Of a stretch of 32,000 bases of DNA, positions 17,431-27,999 are shown one piece after another (position 1 is the first letter of the stretch; each line of letters opens with the position of its first letter). The position numbers were made by a program, and so were the translations under genes. This DNA comes from Candidatus Brocadia sp. (lineage in GTDB: Bacteria > Planctomycetota > Brocadiia > Brocadiales > Brocadiaceae): assembly GCA_021650915.1 (NCBI GenBank), contig CP091279.1:1830001-1862000 (forward strand), read 5' to 3'. Under the pieces are notes generated by a model. The model had not been told where the DNA came from. It saw only the letters and a program-made list of their open reading frames with translations, and ran no database searches.

Positions 17431-19490
17431 CTATAGAGCCTGCGCATAAACTAAAAAACAAGCCATGAAAAGGCGGAACTGCATCATGTGTGCATTGACA
17501 GAGAAACGGATTTCACTCAAAAGCGAGGTCAAAGAGAGAGAGAAAAACGATTCGTCAGAGGACACCAGACCAAATAAGCCGAATTCCAGACGTACCATCC
17601 CTCCACACGACGACTCTTTTACGCTGAAAACCAGATTTAGTTTCTTAACAAGACATGAAACGCAATCATGGTTTTATCCAGGTATGCCTGGAACGAATCG
17701 TTTCCCCGCTTCGTGAGCCGATCATCCCCAAAGTCACACTTCAACCGTTTTATCATCCTTTCCACCGCAGGACGACGGGACATGATGGCCTTGTACCTCT
17801 TCGCCATCGGAGGGTCTTTGGGGTCTATGTGTGGCAAGAGATCAAACGAGATATTGATTATCCTGCCACCGGTAGCGTTTGGGCAACAATCCTCGCGATG
17901 ATAACAAGCGCGACATACCGGCGCATTGTCTGAATCCTTTGGCGCTTGATAGATAAACTTCTCATGTTCGTATCTCATCCCCCTGATATTCCATCTCGTA
18001 TCCCGCCTTACACACCGGAATACCATACGGTGTAATCTTGTCTATTCCTCGTGGCAAATCTTCCGTGATCTCCTTTTTCCTTCTTGGATTGAAAGACACC
18101 TTTACCTCTATACCCAGATCCTCCCTGAATTTCTTCTTGATTTCATCACTGTCGCCTGCGCTATCATACAATACCCTTTCTACCGACGGTTGAATCTCCG
18201 GATACATCTCAAAGACTTCCTTCACGTGCGGGTATAAGGTCATTCCATCAAAGGTCGCCGCATCCTTTATCGCACGCGCATCTAAGGGTATCCCTTGACG
18301 GGGATACCCAAGCACACTTGCCTTGTGACCCCAATACATCTTTCCCCCGGATTTTACGATTGTCCCCGCCCCATCATCACTCAATCCCCACGAATGACTG
18401 CACCCCTGCTTATCTTCGCAACCACACCTCTTGGTTACCTTTGACTGCGATTTCTTCTGCTCTTTGCCACTCGCATCTTTATATACTACGGTCTCAAAGC
18501 CCGAATACGCGTAATAATGGGTCGTGTCTCCCACCAACTCATTTTCCTTTCTTATGATCCCACTCGTTATGTTCGCTTTCACCTCTTCCACTTTTATCCT
18601 CGCCCATATCCCGCTTTCTCTCATGATCTGGTCAAACTGCTCCAGCTTCCGAAGGCTTGGTATGTGCTCACTGCAATACTCGTCCCTGACGTGTCTGGGA
18701 ATAAATCCACATACCCGCGCAAAACTGGGATTGCTCTTCAATAACCGGTACACCTTTTCCGGCTCGGCGGGAAACCCCATTATCGTTGCACCGATAAAAC
18801 TCTTCAGCAAAGCAAAAAAACACTTCGGCTTTTTCCCCCCAAATCGAAATGGCACCTTGCCAGGCGCTATACTCTCCGGAGATACCCCCGATAGCGACAA
18901 ATCTTCTCTTTTTACCTCGAATAAAACCCCTTCTCCTCTCTCACCCTCTGCCTGCATGGTTACCCGTGAAAAGAGCAATCTCTGCCGCGCTTCCTCCTTG
19001 GTCTCCCTCGCATCTTTCTCCCCCTCAACTCCTCGCTCTTCTCGCTCCCTGGCCTGCTTCTGGTTAAATTCATGCAGCGCATTATAATAGTCTACTCCAA
19101 ACCCCACATATCTTTCGTATCGAAAATGGTACAATACCTGAAACCACTCCGCATCATCGGTATTCAGCAAATATCTGTCGTCTTCATGAATGATATGGAA
19201 TAATGGTTTTTGCTGGCTTGTGTTCCTCAATAATGGTATCATTTCACTGTGCCCTCCCTTGTATGGTATTTCGAATAGTTTGCCTGATTTATTATACAAG
19301 ATGGGCACGACTATTTTGTAATTTTTCCCCTCTTTTCTTCAAATATTTTTTCATCTCCCCTGAAAAACAAGCCTTTTCATGCTGCCGTTCTTGATATCTT
19401 TTTGTAGACTTTACAAAATTATTACCCCGTCCTATCGCCTCTTCTCCCTGATTTACAACGAATCTTTTCGCTTATGCGCCAGCTCTATAG
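17431..19490 (-). mobile_element. IS4/IS5-superfamily insertion sequence, family not assigned
   Basis: The terminal inverted repeats are CTATAGAGCCTGCGCATAA (17431-17449) and TTATGCGCCAGCTCTATAG (19472-19490), matching at 17/19. The flanks (..ggattcg / tctttat..) show no target duplication. Confidence 0.75.
17637..19308 (-). pseudogene. DDE transposase of IS 17431-19490, split by one frameshift (448-aa and 129-aa ORFs)
   Basis: Motifs are GDTTHYYAY, LYDSAGDSDE and RPAVERMIKRLKCDFG..L..RG, with a Cys-rich insert CRACYHREDCC. The two ORFs overlap at 17962-18026 (..GYEMEYQG / MRYEHEKFIYQAP..). Confidence 0.7.
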
Positions 19491-19666
19491 TCTTTATGGA
19501 ATTGGTGAACCTCCTTTTCGGTGTTTTTGTTCTTAAAATACCTTGAAACCCCTGGAGATTCTACCATTTTTAACCTAATCCTGCAACAAGGCTTTGCATT
19601 GTCTGCAGGATTTAGGTGATATAAATCCTTTAGGCTTGTAATAACTTGTAATAATTAGAAGGCAAT

Positions 19667-20170
19667 ATGGAACAAGAAACCATACAGCGATCAGGTGACA
19701 ATATATGGAAAATAGTGCTCGCTCTTATTTGTATAGGGATACTGGGCTATGGGATCTTCTATTCAAAATATCTGATCGGTTTTAACCTTCCGCTTGCTCT
19801 GATTATATGGGGCATATTTTACACAGCTGTAGCCAGAAAACGGGGAGTAAAAATCGGAGGCTTTTCATTTTTAGCCATATTCATTTGCATGATACAAGGT
19901 GGCTTGATCAGGTATTTTCAGGAGATACAAGAAGCAATACATCAGCAGAAGCAGGAAGCAAAACAGATGCTATTAGAAATACATAATCAATATTCCAAAA
20001 TGATCGAGGCGGCCACTGACTCACAAGGGTTACCAAAGCGTATAGAAAAACCAATTAATACTACTCCTAAGGAACGTGGGGAATTGGGAGGAATTGAAAG
20101 ATTCGTGAAGGACTTCATGGCTCAAATGACGTTACAGAGAAATGCGTGCCTTGAAGTATGGGATACCTAA
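19667..20170 (+). CDS. Hypothetical small membrane / coiled-coil protein, 3' end replaced by group II intron sequence from 20144
   Basis: Two or three hydrophobic segments are followed by a Q/E/K-rich helix. The last 8 codons (ACLEVWDT*) are intron sequence also present at 21148 onward. No family was recognised. Confidence 0.4.
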   Translation: MEQETIQRSGDNIWKIVLALICIGILGYGIFYSKYLIGFNLPLALIIWGIFYTAVARKRGVKIGGFSFLAIFICMIQGGLIRYFQEIQEAIHQQKQEAKQMLLEIHNQYSKMIEAATDSQGLPKRIEKPINTTPKERGELGGIERFVKDFMAQMTLQRNACLEVWDT

Positions 20171-20831
20171 GTGGTTGAAAATATCACCTCTGCGAGCCTA
20201 AATCCTCGTAGAGAAGTTTGTACCTATGCGTATACAAAGGAACAATCCGTATGCGGAGAAGGATAGCGTATTCCCGTGAGGGGTATGACGGAGTACGAGG
20301 TACAGACGACCTTTTGGGGTGTATGAGTATGGCGTGTTAGTTCGTGCCAACTGCCCTTTCTCAGTGAAGCACTGACAATGTCCTTGTTGGAGATGTCAAA
20401 AGAGACCTGGTGAAAACATCTCTGGATAATGCGTTTGAACATACATCACGAAGGGAAAAGGGGTAATCCATATGACCGGGGGAGGACTTACGTCTTGGGA
20501 AGAAATTTCCTAACAGCGAGGTATAAGGGAAATCCGAAATCCAAGCTGTATGAGATGGTGACGGACGACTGGCTCTCACAGGTCTGTCTTTGAAGTCGTC
20601 AGCATTGCTCATAATAGTTTCTGGTGTAAGCCAGGAATGAAGGGGCATAACCGTAGTGGAGTTGATGAAACGTGGTAGATTGAATACGTTCCATGAGAAA
20701 AGAGACTCTTTGCATGGGCAAGTAATAGCAAGAGCCTCTCTTGTTTTGCCTCTGTCAGGAGGAATCTCGACTCAGGAAACACGATTGACAAGTCTATTAT
20801 CCGGAATCAATCAAAAGGAACATATCGGGAG

Positions 20832-21147
20832 ATGCTTAAGTATCATTCTTTAAGAGACAAGGTATTCAGTCTGAGAAACCTTTATGCGGCTTTTGGGCAC
20901 GTAAAGAAGAATAAAGGCAAGGCTGGTCTCGACAGGGTAAGTATTAAGCAGTTTGAAAGTGACCTTGAGAATAATCTACAAGCTATTCACAAGGAACTGA
21001 AAACCGCCATATACAACCCTGCGCCCGTCTTAAGGGTCTACATTCCCAAAGGCAGGCATGACAAGAGACCTCTTGGCATTCCCATTGTCAAGGACAGGGT
21101 AGTACAGCAAGCGTTCAGACAAATCATAGAGCCAATATTCGAGAAAG
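20832..21147 (+). pseudogene. Outer-intron RT/maturase, N-terminal part
   Basis: It matches residues 1-105 of the intact RT except for a few substitutions (..IFEK), then runs into the 5' end of the inner intron. Confidence 0.85.
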
Positions 21148-23160
21148 GCGTGCCTTGAAGTATGGGATACCTAAGTGGTTGAAAATATCACCTCTGCGAG
21201 CCTAAATCCTCGTAGAGAAGTTTGTACCTATGCGTATACAAAGGAACAATCCGTATGCGTAGAAGGATAGCGTATTCCCGTGAGGGGTATGACGGAGTTA
21301 CGAGGTACAGACGACCTTTTGGGGTGTATGAGTATGGCGTGTTAGTTCGTGCCAACTGCCCTTTCTCAGTGAAGCACTGACAATGTCCTTGTTGGAGATG
21401 TCAAAAGAGACCTGGTGAAAACATCTCTGGATAATGCGTTTGAACATACATCACGAAGGGAAAAGGGGTAATTCATATGACCGGGGGAGGACTTACGTCT
21501 TGGGAAGAAATTCCCTAACAGCGAGGTATAAGGGAAATCTGAAATCCAAGCTGTATGAGATGGTGACGGACGACTGGCTCTCACAGGTCTGTCTTTGAAG
21601 TCGTCAGCATTGCTCATAATAGTTTCTGGTGTGTACCAGGAATGAAGGGGCATAACCGTAGTGGAGTTGATGAAACGTGGTAGATTGAATACGTTCCATG
21701 AGAAAAGAGACTCTTTGCATGGGCAAGTAGTAGCAAGAGCCTCTCTTGTTTTGCCTCTGTCAGGAGGAATCTCGACTCAGGAAACACGATTGACAAGTCT
21801 ATTATCCGGAATCAATCAAAAGGAACATATCGGGAGATGCTTAAGCATCATTCTTTAAGAGACAAGGTATTCAGTCTGAGAAACCTTTATGCGGCTTTTG
21901 GGCACGTAAAGAAGAATAAAGGCAAGGCTGGTCTCGACAGGGTAAGTATTAAGCAGTTTGAAAGTGACCTTGAGAATAATCTACAAGCTGTTCACAAGGA
22001 ACTGAAAACCGCCATATACAACCCTGCGCCCGTCCTAAGGGTCTACATTCCCAAAGGCAGGCATGACAAGAGACCTCTTGGCATTCCCATTGTCAAGGAC
22101 AGGGTAGTACAGCAAGCGGTCAGACAAATCATAGAGCCAATATTCGAGAAAGAATTCTCGGATAACAGCTTTGGATTTCGTCCAAACAGATGCTGTCATG
22201 ATGCTATCAAACGGATTGAACAGTATAAGCAGCAAGGGTATCGGAACATTTTGGACGCCGATATAAAGGCGTTCTATGACACCATACCTCACAAGCTTAT
22301 CATGAACTCCTTGCGTGAGAAAATCGCTGACGGATGGGTGTTGAACAGTATCGAGAACATGCTCAAGGCAGGGGTCATGGAGAACGGCATCGTGCACGAG
22401 ACAAATCAAGGCACTCCGCAAGGAGGCGTCATATCTCCCTTGCTTGCAAACCTTATCGGTGACATCATCGACAAGGAGCTTGAAAAGGCAGGATATAAAT
22501 TTGTCCGCTATGCCGATGACTTCGTTGTCATGACTAAAACAAAAGAAGAACTCCCTACCGCCCTTCAGTACGTCAAAGAAATCATCGAAGGGAAACTTGA
22601 AATGAAGCTGAGCGAGGATAAAACCAGGCTCACCAACTTCAAACGAGGCTTCCGGTTTCTCGGATATAATTTCATGGGCAAGAACAAGGGTGTAAGCATG
22701 AAATCCCTGGACAAACTCAAGGACGCCGTCAGAGACATCACCAAACGCACACAAGGCGTCAACCTGCAAGCCGTCATTGATACATTAAATCCTGTCATAA
22801 GGGGACATGTCAACTATTTTCGGCTGGGCAATGTACAAACGGTATATCGCTCGTTAGACTGCTGGGTACGCATGAGACTGAGAAGTTTCAAGTTTTCGAG
22901 AAAATGGAAAACTGACAACAAACGTTTCCCGGTACACCGATTCTTTAAGATGGGGTTACTCTCATTTGAAAGAGAATTTCTTAAGGCACGTGCGAAGGCA
23001 CGATAGTTTACTTTTCTCTGCTCCAGAGCAACACTATGGGGTCGCTAACTACGGGAAAGCCGTATGGTTTAAAAGGATGCTTTGGTACGTTGTTCAAAGT
23101 ATCTGGCGACGATTGGGGGTTGGAGGCGATTCGCCTCCTTCCTACCAGCTAATTCTCGGA
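21148..23160 (+). mobile_element. Group II intron, inner copy, complete (~2.0 kb)
   Basis: Boundaries come from comparing the filled and empty site: host gagaaag|GCGTGCC...TACCAGCT|aattctcgg. The RT ORF sits in the expected domain IV position. DV/DVI-like hairpins lie at about 23070-23160 (GCCGUAUGG...GGUACGUU; GGAGGCGAUUCGCCUCC). Confidence 0.8.
21837..23006 (+). CDS. Group II intron reverse transcriptase/maturase, no endonuclease domain
   Basis: 389 aa. RT motifs are RPLGIPIVKDRVVQQA, FGFRPNR, LDADIKAFYDTIPH, GTPQGGVISPLLANL and YADDFVV. Then FLGY and a maturase X-like tail. Confidence 0.9.
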   Translation: MLKHHSLRDKVFSLRNLYAAFGHVKKNKGKAGLDRVSIKQFESDLENNLQAVHKELKTAIYNPAPVLRVYIPKGRHDKRPLGIPIVKDRVVQQAVRQIIEPIFEKEFSDNSFGFRPNRCCHDAIKRIEQYKQQGYRNILDADIKAFYDTIPHKLIMNSLREKIADGWVLNSIENMLKAGVMENGIVHETNQGTPQGGVISPLLANLIGDIIDKELEKAGYKFVRYADDFVVMTKTKEELPTALQYVKEIIEGKLEMKLSEDKTRLTNFKRGFRFLGYNFMGKNKGVSMKSLDKLKDAVRDITKRTQGVNLQAVIDTLNPVIRGHVNYFRLGNVQTVYRSLDCWVRMRLRSFKFSRKWKTDNKRFPVHRFFKMGLLSFEREFLKARAKAR

Positions 23161-24001
23161 TAACAGCTTTGGATTTCGTCCAAACAGATGCTGTCATGAT
23201 GCTATCAAACGGATTGAACAGTATAAGCAGCAAGGGTATCGGAACATTTTGGACGCCGATATAAAGGCGTTCTATGACACCATACCTCACAAGCTTATCA
23301 TGAACTCCTTGCGTGAGAAAATCGCTGACGGATGGGTTTTGAACAGTATCGAGAACATGCTCAAGGCAGGGGTCATGGAGAACGGCATCGTGCACGAGAC
23401 AAATCAAGGCACTCCGCAAGGAGGCGTCATATCCCCCTTGCTTGCAAACCTTATCGGTGACATCATCGACAAGGAGCTTGAAAAGGCAGGATATAAATTT
23501 GTCCGCTATGCCGATGACTTCGTTGTCATGACTAAAACGAAAGAAGAACTCCCTGCCGCCCTTCAGTACGTCAAGGAAATCATCGAAGGGAAACTTGAAA
23601 TGAAGCTGAGCGAGGATAAAACCAGGCTCACCAACTTCAAACGAGGCTTCCGGTTTCTCGGATATAATTTCATGGGCAAGAACAAGGGTATAAGCATGAA
23701 ATCCCTGGACAAACTCAAGGACGCCGTCAGGGACATCACCAAACGCACACAAGGCGTCAACCTGCAAGCCGTCATTGATACATTAAATCCTGTCATAAGG
23801 GGACATGTCAACTATTTTCGGCTGGGCAATGTACAAACGGTATATCGTTCGTCAGACTGCTGGGTATGCATGAGACTGAGAAGTTTCAAGTTTTCGAGAA
23901 AATGGAAAACTGACAACAAACGTTTCCCGGTACACCGATTCTTTAAGATGGGGTTACTCTCATTTGAAAGAGAATTTCTTAAGGCACGTGCGAAGGCATG
24001 A
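23161..24001 (+). pseudogene. Outer-intron RT/maturase, C-terminal part
   Basis: It continues EFSDNSFGFRPNR... in frame with 20832-21147 once the inner intron is removed. It shows a few substitutions relative to the inner copy and stops one codon early. Confidence 0.85.
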
Positions 24002-24150
24002 TAGTTTACTTTTCTCTGCTCCAGAGCAACACTATGGGGTCGCTAACTACGGGAAAGCCGTATGGTTTAAAAGGATACTTTGTCACGTTGTCCAAAGTAT
24101 CTGGCGACGATTGGGGGTTGGAGGCGATTCGCCTCCTTCCTACCAGCTAA

Positions 24151-24453
24151 GAGAGTACAAAAGGGCATGTGTTTGTGGTAATGCTTGCGTACCTGATAAT
24201 CCGAAGGTTACGTGATGCGTGGAAGGGTTTTGATCTGACGGTAGAGGAAGGACTCAAACAATTGACTACCATTTGTTCCGTGGAAGTGAAGGTGAAGGGT
24301 CAAAAGGCGCATTGCCAGAAGATACCACGTCCACGGCAACAATCACGTGAATTGTTAGAGGCATTGCAGGTAAAGCTGCCGGAGGCATTGCCAAGCCGGA
24401 ACCTACGGGTAGTCCCGAGAAAAAAACTTACCAGGCAACAAATAAGCCAGTAA
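24151..24453 (+). pseudogene. IS1634-family transposase, C-terminal ~100 aa (3' flank of the outer intron)
   Basis: Sequence ESTKGHVFVVMLAYLIIRRLRDAWKGFDLTVEEGLKQLTTICSVEV...IPRPRQQSRELLEALQVKLPEALP ends 50 nt before the element's right IR. Confidence 0.65.
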
Positions 24454-24503
24454 AATTAAGGCTTTCGCAGCCTTTTTGTTTTTTGCCTTGAGGTGAACAT
24501 CCG

Positions 24504-24736
24504 TTGGAGTGAAGCAAATAACGCCCCTTGCGCCGATACGCCTGCCTCAGACGTTCCCGATCCAAACTGAACCGGAACGTATTCTCATTGACCGGCTCCT
24601 GCGGTTTGGGAATGGAGATCGTGACCAGCCTGAAGTCTCGTCCGACCTCTTTCTTTAACGCGCCAAGATGCATGAGCAGGTCATTGCGCGTGAGCGTCTT
24701 TCGATTGCGAAGTTCCCCCTCTGTGTCAATAATAGT
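24504..24736 (-). pseudogene. Middle fragment of transposase X, between the IS1634-like and IS3 insertions
   Basis: The minus frame reads TIIDTEGELRNRKTLTRNDLLMHLGALKKEVGRDFRLVTISIPKPQEPVNENTFRFSLDRERLRQAYRRKGRYLLHSN. It joins in frame to 16346 and below after removal of the insertion. A further degenerate upstream piece lies at about 28035-28190. Confidence 0.7.
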
Positions 24737-24786
24737 TGGACACTTTACCCCATATAGTTTAGTGTAGGGCGTAAAGGAGAAAAACT

Positions 24787-25278
24787 ATGAAAAACAGGAG
24801 TACAATAAGTTTGAAGACAAATAACACGCCAGGGGAAACGGAAGGAGCCCGTAGGGCGACTGGAGTTTCCCCTGGCGGCGCAATTCAAAGCGATCATTTT
24901 CCTGACCCTGAGGTAACCGAGAAGGCTGTTCGGAGGAAATTCACCGCGAAATACAAACTCCGCATCCTTCAAGAGGCGGAAGTCTGTGCCACACAGGGTC
25001 AAATGGGGGCGCTTTTACGCCGTGAAGGACTCTATTCGTCCAACCTCACTACATGGCGTCGTCAACAGAAGAAAGGCGCCCTGGAAACGCTTTCCCCAAA
25101 ACATCGCGGCCCAAAGGCGAAAAATATCACTCCCTCCGATCGTCGTATTGCTGAACTGGAAAAGGAAAACTGTCAGCTGAAAGAGAAACTCAAACAGGCA
25201 GAAACCATTATTGACGTCCAAAAAAAACTCTCGGAAATACTTCGGATACCGCTCGATCCAACCGGAGAGAAAATATGA
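24787..25278 (+). CDS. IS3-family transposase OrfA (HTH plus leucine-zipper region)
   Basis: 163 aa. The tail has heptad Leu/Ile spacing (IAELEKENCQLKEKLKQAETIIDVQKKL). Its stop overlaps the orfB ATG. Confidence 0.75.
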   Translation: MKNRSTISLKTNNTPGETEGARRATGVSPGGAIQSDHFPDPEVTEKAVRRKFTAKYKLRILQEAEVCATQGQMGALLRREGLYSSNLTTWRRQQKKGALETLSPKHRGPKAKNITPSDRRIAELEKENCQLKEKLKQAETIIDVQKKLSEILRIPLDPTGEKI

Positions 25279-26276
25279 TGCGTGCCGCTGAATCTCTTGC
25301 TCAACAGGTGCGTATCAAAAAGGCCTGCAAGGCGCTGGGTATCCCAAGAGCGACTTACTATTACTACCAGAAAGGGAAACATGACCTCGTGGGAAAAAGA
25401 GGTTATTCGACTCCTCCACTGGCATTATCTGAGCAAGAACAGCAAGCGGTACTTGATATCTTACATAGTGAACGCTTTATGGATAAGGCCCCGCATGAGA
25501 TTTATGCAACGTTGCTTGATGAAGGAACCTACCTGTGCTCCACAAGAACCATGTACCGGATCCTTGAAAAACATGGTGAAGTGCATGAAAGAAGAAACCT
25601 GGTGCTCAGACCCCATTACCAGAAACCGGAGCTCCTGGCAACGGCCTCCAATCAGGTATGGTCATGGGATATTACAAAACTCAAGGGGCCTGCAAAGTGG
25701 ACATATTTCTATCTCTATGTCATTCTCGACATCTTCAGCCGTTATGTCGTCGGATGGATGGTTGCATACCGTGAACTGGCCGCATTGGCGCAACGACTTA
25801 TCGTGGATAGCTGTCAAAAACAGACTATCAGGCCTGAACAACTGGTAATCCACGCTGATCGTGGATCAAGTATGACATCCAAGCCTGTGGCGTTTCTTCT
25901 GTCTGATCTGGGAATAACAAAAAGTCATTCTCGTCCTTACGTCAGTAACGACAACCCTTATTCGGAGGCACAGTTTAAAACCCTCAAGTACAGGCCGGAT
26001 TTCCCGGATACTTTCGGCTCAATTGAGGATGCCAGGGTCTTCTGTAAGAGCTTCTTCACCTGGTACAATACAGAACATCGTCATTCCGGCATCGGTCTCT
26101 TGAAACCAGAAGACGTCCACTATGGACGTACGCATCAAATTGTGAAAGAATGAAGTCTTGTCTTAAAAACCGCCTTTGAAAATCACCCTGAACGATTCAA
26201 AGAAATTCCCCCTAAACCATCAAGTGCGCCTGTGGCTGCTTGGATTAATAAACCAAAAACGGAATTTACTCTGTGA
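25275..26276 (+). pseudogene. IS3-family transposase OrfB (DDE integrase core) with an in-frame TGA at 26151-26153
   Basis: The DDE region reads VWSWDITK...IHADRGSSMTS...YSEAQFKTLK. After the TGA the same frame continues SLVLKTAFENHPERFKEIPPKPSSAPVAAWINKP, the conserved IS3 tail, up to 26276. Confidence 0.75.
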
Positions 26277-26280
26277 TTAG

Positions 26281-27999
26281 GTAACTATTCAGCGAAAATA
26301 TTTTAGAATTTAGTTGACAGTCAACATGAGAAAAGGGGGCCGTAGAATTGGTTGGTAGAATAAATGGCTGTGGAGGATGCCACTGTAGCCCATCGGAGGT
26401 TTTTGCAAAGAGAGGTGTGGGGTATGTTCGGCCAGAGAATTACAGAGTTTTGTAGGGCGGTAGAGGGTGAAAAAAATGGGTGAAAAAGCCTGTGGTATAA
26501 TAGCCGCAGGAGATGATTTCAGGCTATTAATACCGGTGCCATCCATTGACGATAGAGAATATAGATATAGATGCAACGCTGCGGAAAGTAGAAAAGCTGC
26601 TTTCAGAGGAAAAATGTCTGTCGCCTGCCATAAGGTCAATGATAGAGTTGTTGGTGTTAGTGATAACGCTGCTGGTAGGACGTCTGAACCGGAACAGTCG
26701 CAACAGTAGTAAGCCGCCCGCAAGCGATCCGAATCGCACGAGAAAGAGCAGGGCGAAAGGAGAGAGGAAGGCAGGTGGGCAAGAGGGTCATGATGGAGTA
26801 ACGCTGAAAAAGGTAGCCAATCCTGATAAGGTGGAAGTAATAAAAGTAGACCGGAGGAAGTATCCGAGCGGCAAATACAGGTTGATCGGTTATGAGTTGC
26901 GTCAGGTGTTTGATATGAAGATTTCAAGGGTGGTAACGGAGTATCGGGCAGAGATAGTTGAGGATGCGGAGGGAAGTAGGTTTGTAGCGTCATTTCCGGA
27001 AGGGGTGACAAAGGCAGTGCAGTATGGGCCGGATTTGAAAGCGCACGCAGTATATATGTCACAGTATCAATTGATACCCTATAAGAGGATCCAGGAGTAT
27101 TTTGAGGAGCAGATGGGGATACCGCTGAGCGAAGGCTCTCTTTACAACTTTAACAAGGATGCCTACGAATCTCTGGAAGCCTTCGAGGGGAAAACCAAGG
27201 AAGAACTTGTCAAATCAGAGGTATTGCAGGCAGATGAAACGAGCATCAACAAGAACGGAGACAGGTATTGGCTGCATAGTGCATCCAATAGTTTGTGGAC
27301 ACACTTTTTCCCTCACGAAAGACGTGGGACGGAAGCGATGGATAGTATCGGGATACTGCCCCAGTTTCGGGGGATTCTTTGTCACGACCATTTGAAGGCG
27401 TATTACACCTACACCCGCTGTACACATGCGCTCTGTAATGCACACCATCTGAGGGAATTGGAAGGGGTGTGGGAAGAGGATAAGAAGCAACCGTGGGCGA
27501 AAGAGATGAAAGCCCTGCTCGAAGAGATAAACCGTGCGGTAAAGGATGCGGGGGGTTTGTTGGAAAACGGCGAGTCTGAGAAATACCGGCAAAGGTACCG
27601 GGGGATATTACAAAACGCAGAAGCTGAAAGCCCGCCCCCTGATGAAACGAACCGCAAGGGGAAAAGAGGGCGGGTAAAAAGGACAAAAGCACGGAATCTC
27701 CTGGAACGATTACGGGAGTATGAGGGTGATGTGCTCAGATTTATGGACAATAAAAACGTCCCCTTCACGAATAACCTGGCCGAAAACGATATCAGGATGA
27801 CGAAGGTTCAGCAGAAGATATCGGGCTGTTTTCGTTCTCTGGACGGAGCGAAGATCTTCTGCCTCATCCGTAGTTATCTCTCGACTTGTCGAAAACAAGG
27901 GGTAAATTTAAGTCAGGCATTACGGATGGTATTTCGCGGCAAATTGCCTGATTTTGCCAGCTCGTAACGATAGGGGGCGATATTACGCTGAATAGTTAC
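26281..27999 (+). mobile_element. IS66-family element (single-ORF type) with an 8-bp target duplication
   Basis: The IRs are GTAACTATTCAGCG (26281-26294) and CGCTGAATAGTTAC (27986-27999). GTGATTAG is duplicated at 26273-26280 and 28000-28007. Confidence 0.9.
26546..27967 (+). CDS. IS66-family transposase
   Basis: 473 aa. It has an N-terminal coiled-coil/leucine zipper, then LQADETSINKNG, HDHLKAYY and CNAHHLREL, followed by VPFTNNLAENDIRMTKVQQKISGCFRS. These are typical IS66 motifs. Confidence 0.85.
   Translation: MTIENIDIDATLRKVEKLLSEEKCLSPAIRSMIELLVLVITLLVGRLNRNSRNSSKPPASDPNRTRKSRAKGERKAGGQEGHDGVTLKKVANPDKVEVIKVDRRKYPSGKYRLIGYELRQVFDMKISRVVTEYRAEIVEDAEGSRFVASFPEGVTKAVQYGPDLKAHAVYMSQYQLIPYKRIQEYFEEQMGIPLSEGSLYNFNKDAYESLEAFEGKTKEELVKSEVLQADETSINKNGDRYWLHSASNSLWTHFFPHERRGTEAMDSIGILPQFRGILCHDHLKAYYTYTRCTHALCNAHHLRELEGVWEEDKKQPWAKEMKALLEEINRAVKDAGGLLENGESEKYRQRYRGILQNAEAESPPPDETNRKGKRGRVKRTKARNLLERLREYEGDVLRFMDNKNVPFTNNLAENDIRMTKVQQKISGCFRSLDGAKIFCLIRSYLSTCRKQGVNLSQALRMVFRGKLPDFASS

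Larger units (their letters stand above)
20144..24148 (+). mobile_element. Group II intron, outer copy, interrupted within its RT ORF by a second copy (twintron)
   Basis: 5' segment 20144-21147 matches 21148-22152, apart from point substitutions and a 1-nt indel. 3' segment 23161-24148 matches 22153-23160. The RT ORF is split exactly at gagaaag|aattctcgg. Confidence 0.85.
16353..24503 (+). mobile_element. IS1634-like element, heavily disrupted, inserted into transposase X with a 6-bp target duplication
   Basis: The ends are CGGATGTTCACCCCAAGCAAAAC (16353-) and GTTTTTTGCCTTGAGGTGAACATCCG (-24503), an inverted repeat of about 22 bp. It is flanked by TTGGAG at 16347-16352 and 24504-24509. Removing the element and one TSD restores an open X frame (..RYLLHSNMQAAAPE..). 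Confidence 0.8.

Noticed and set aside
20144-22152. Apparent ~1-kb tandem duplication, with duplicated small ORFs at 20361-20853 and 21366-21858
   Set aside because: The repeat is the 5' half of a group II intron present twice because of nesting (twintron). The small ORFs lie in the structured ribozyme domains or on the antisense strand and are not genes.
22035-23767. 244-aa and 232-aa minus-strand ORFs
   Set aside because: They are antisense to the RT/maturase ORFs of the two intron copies, so they are shadow ORFs.
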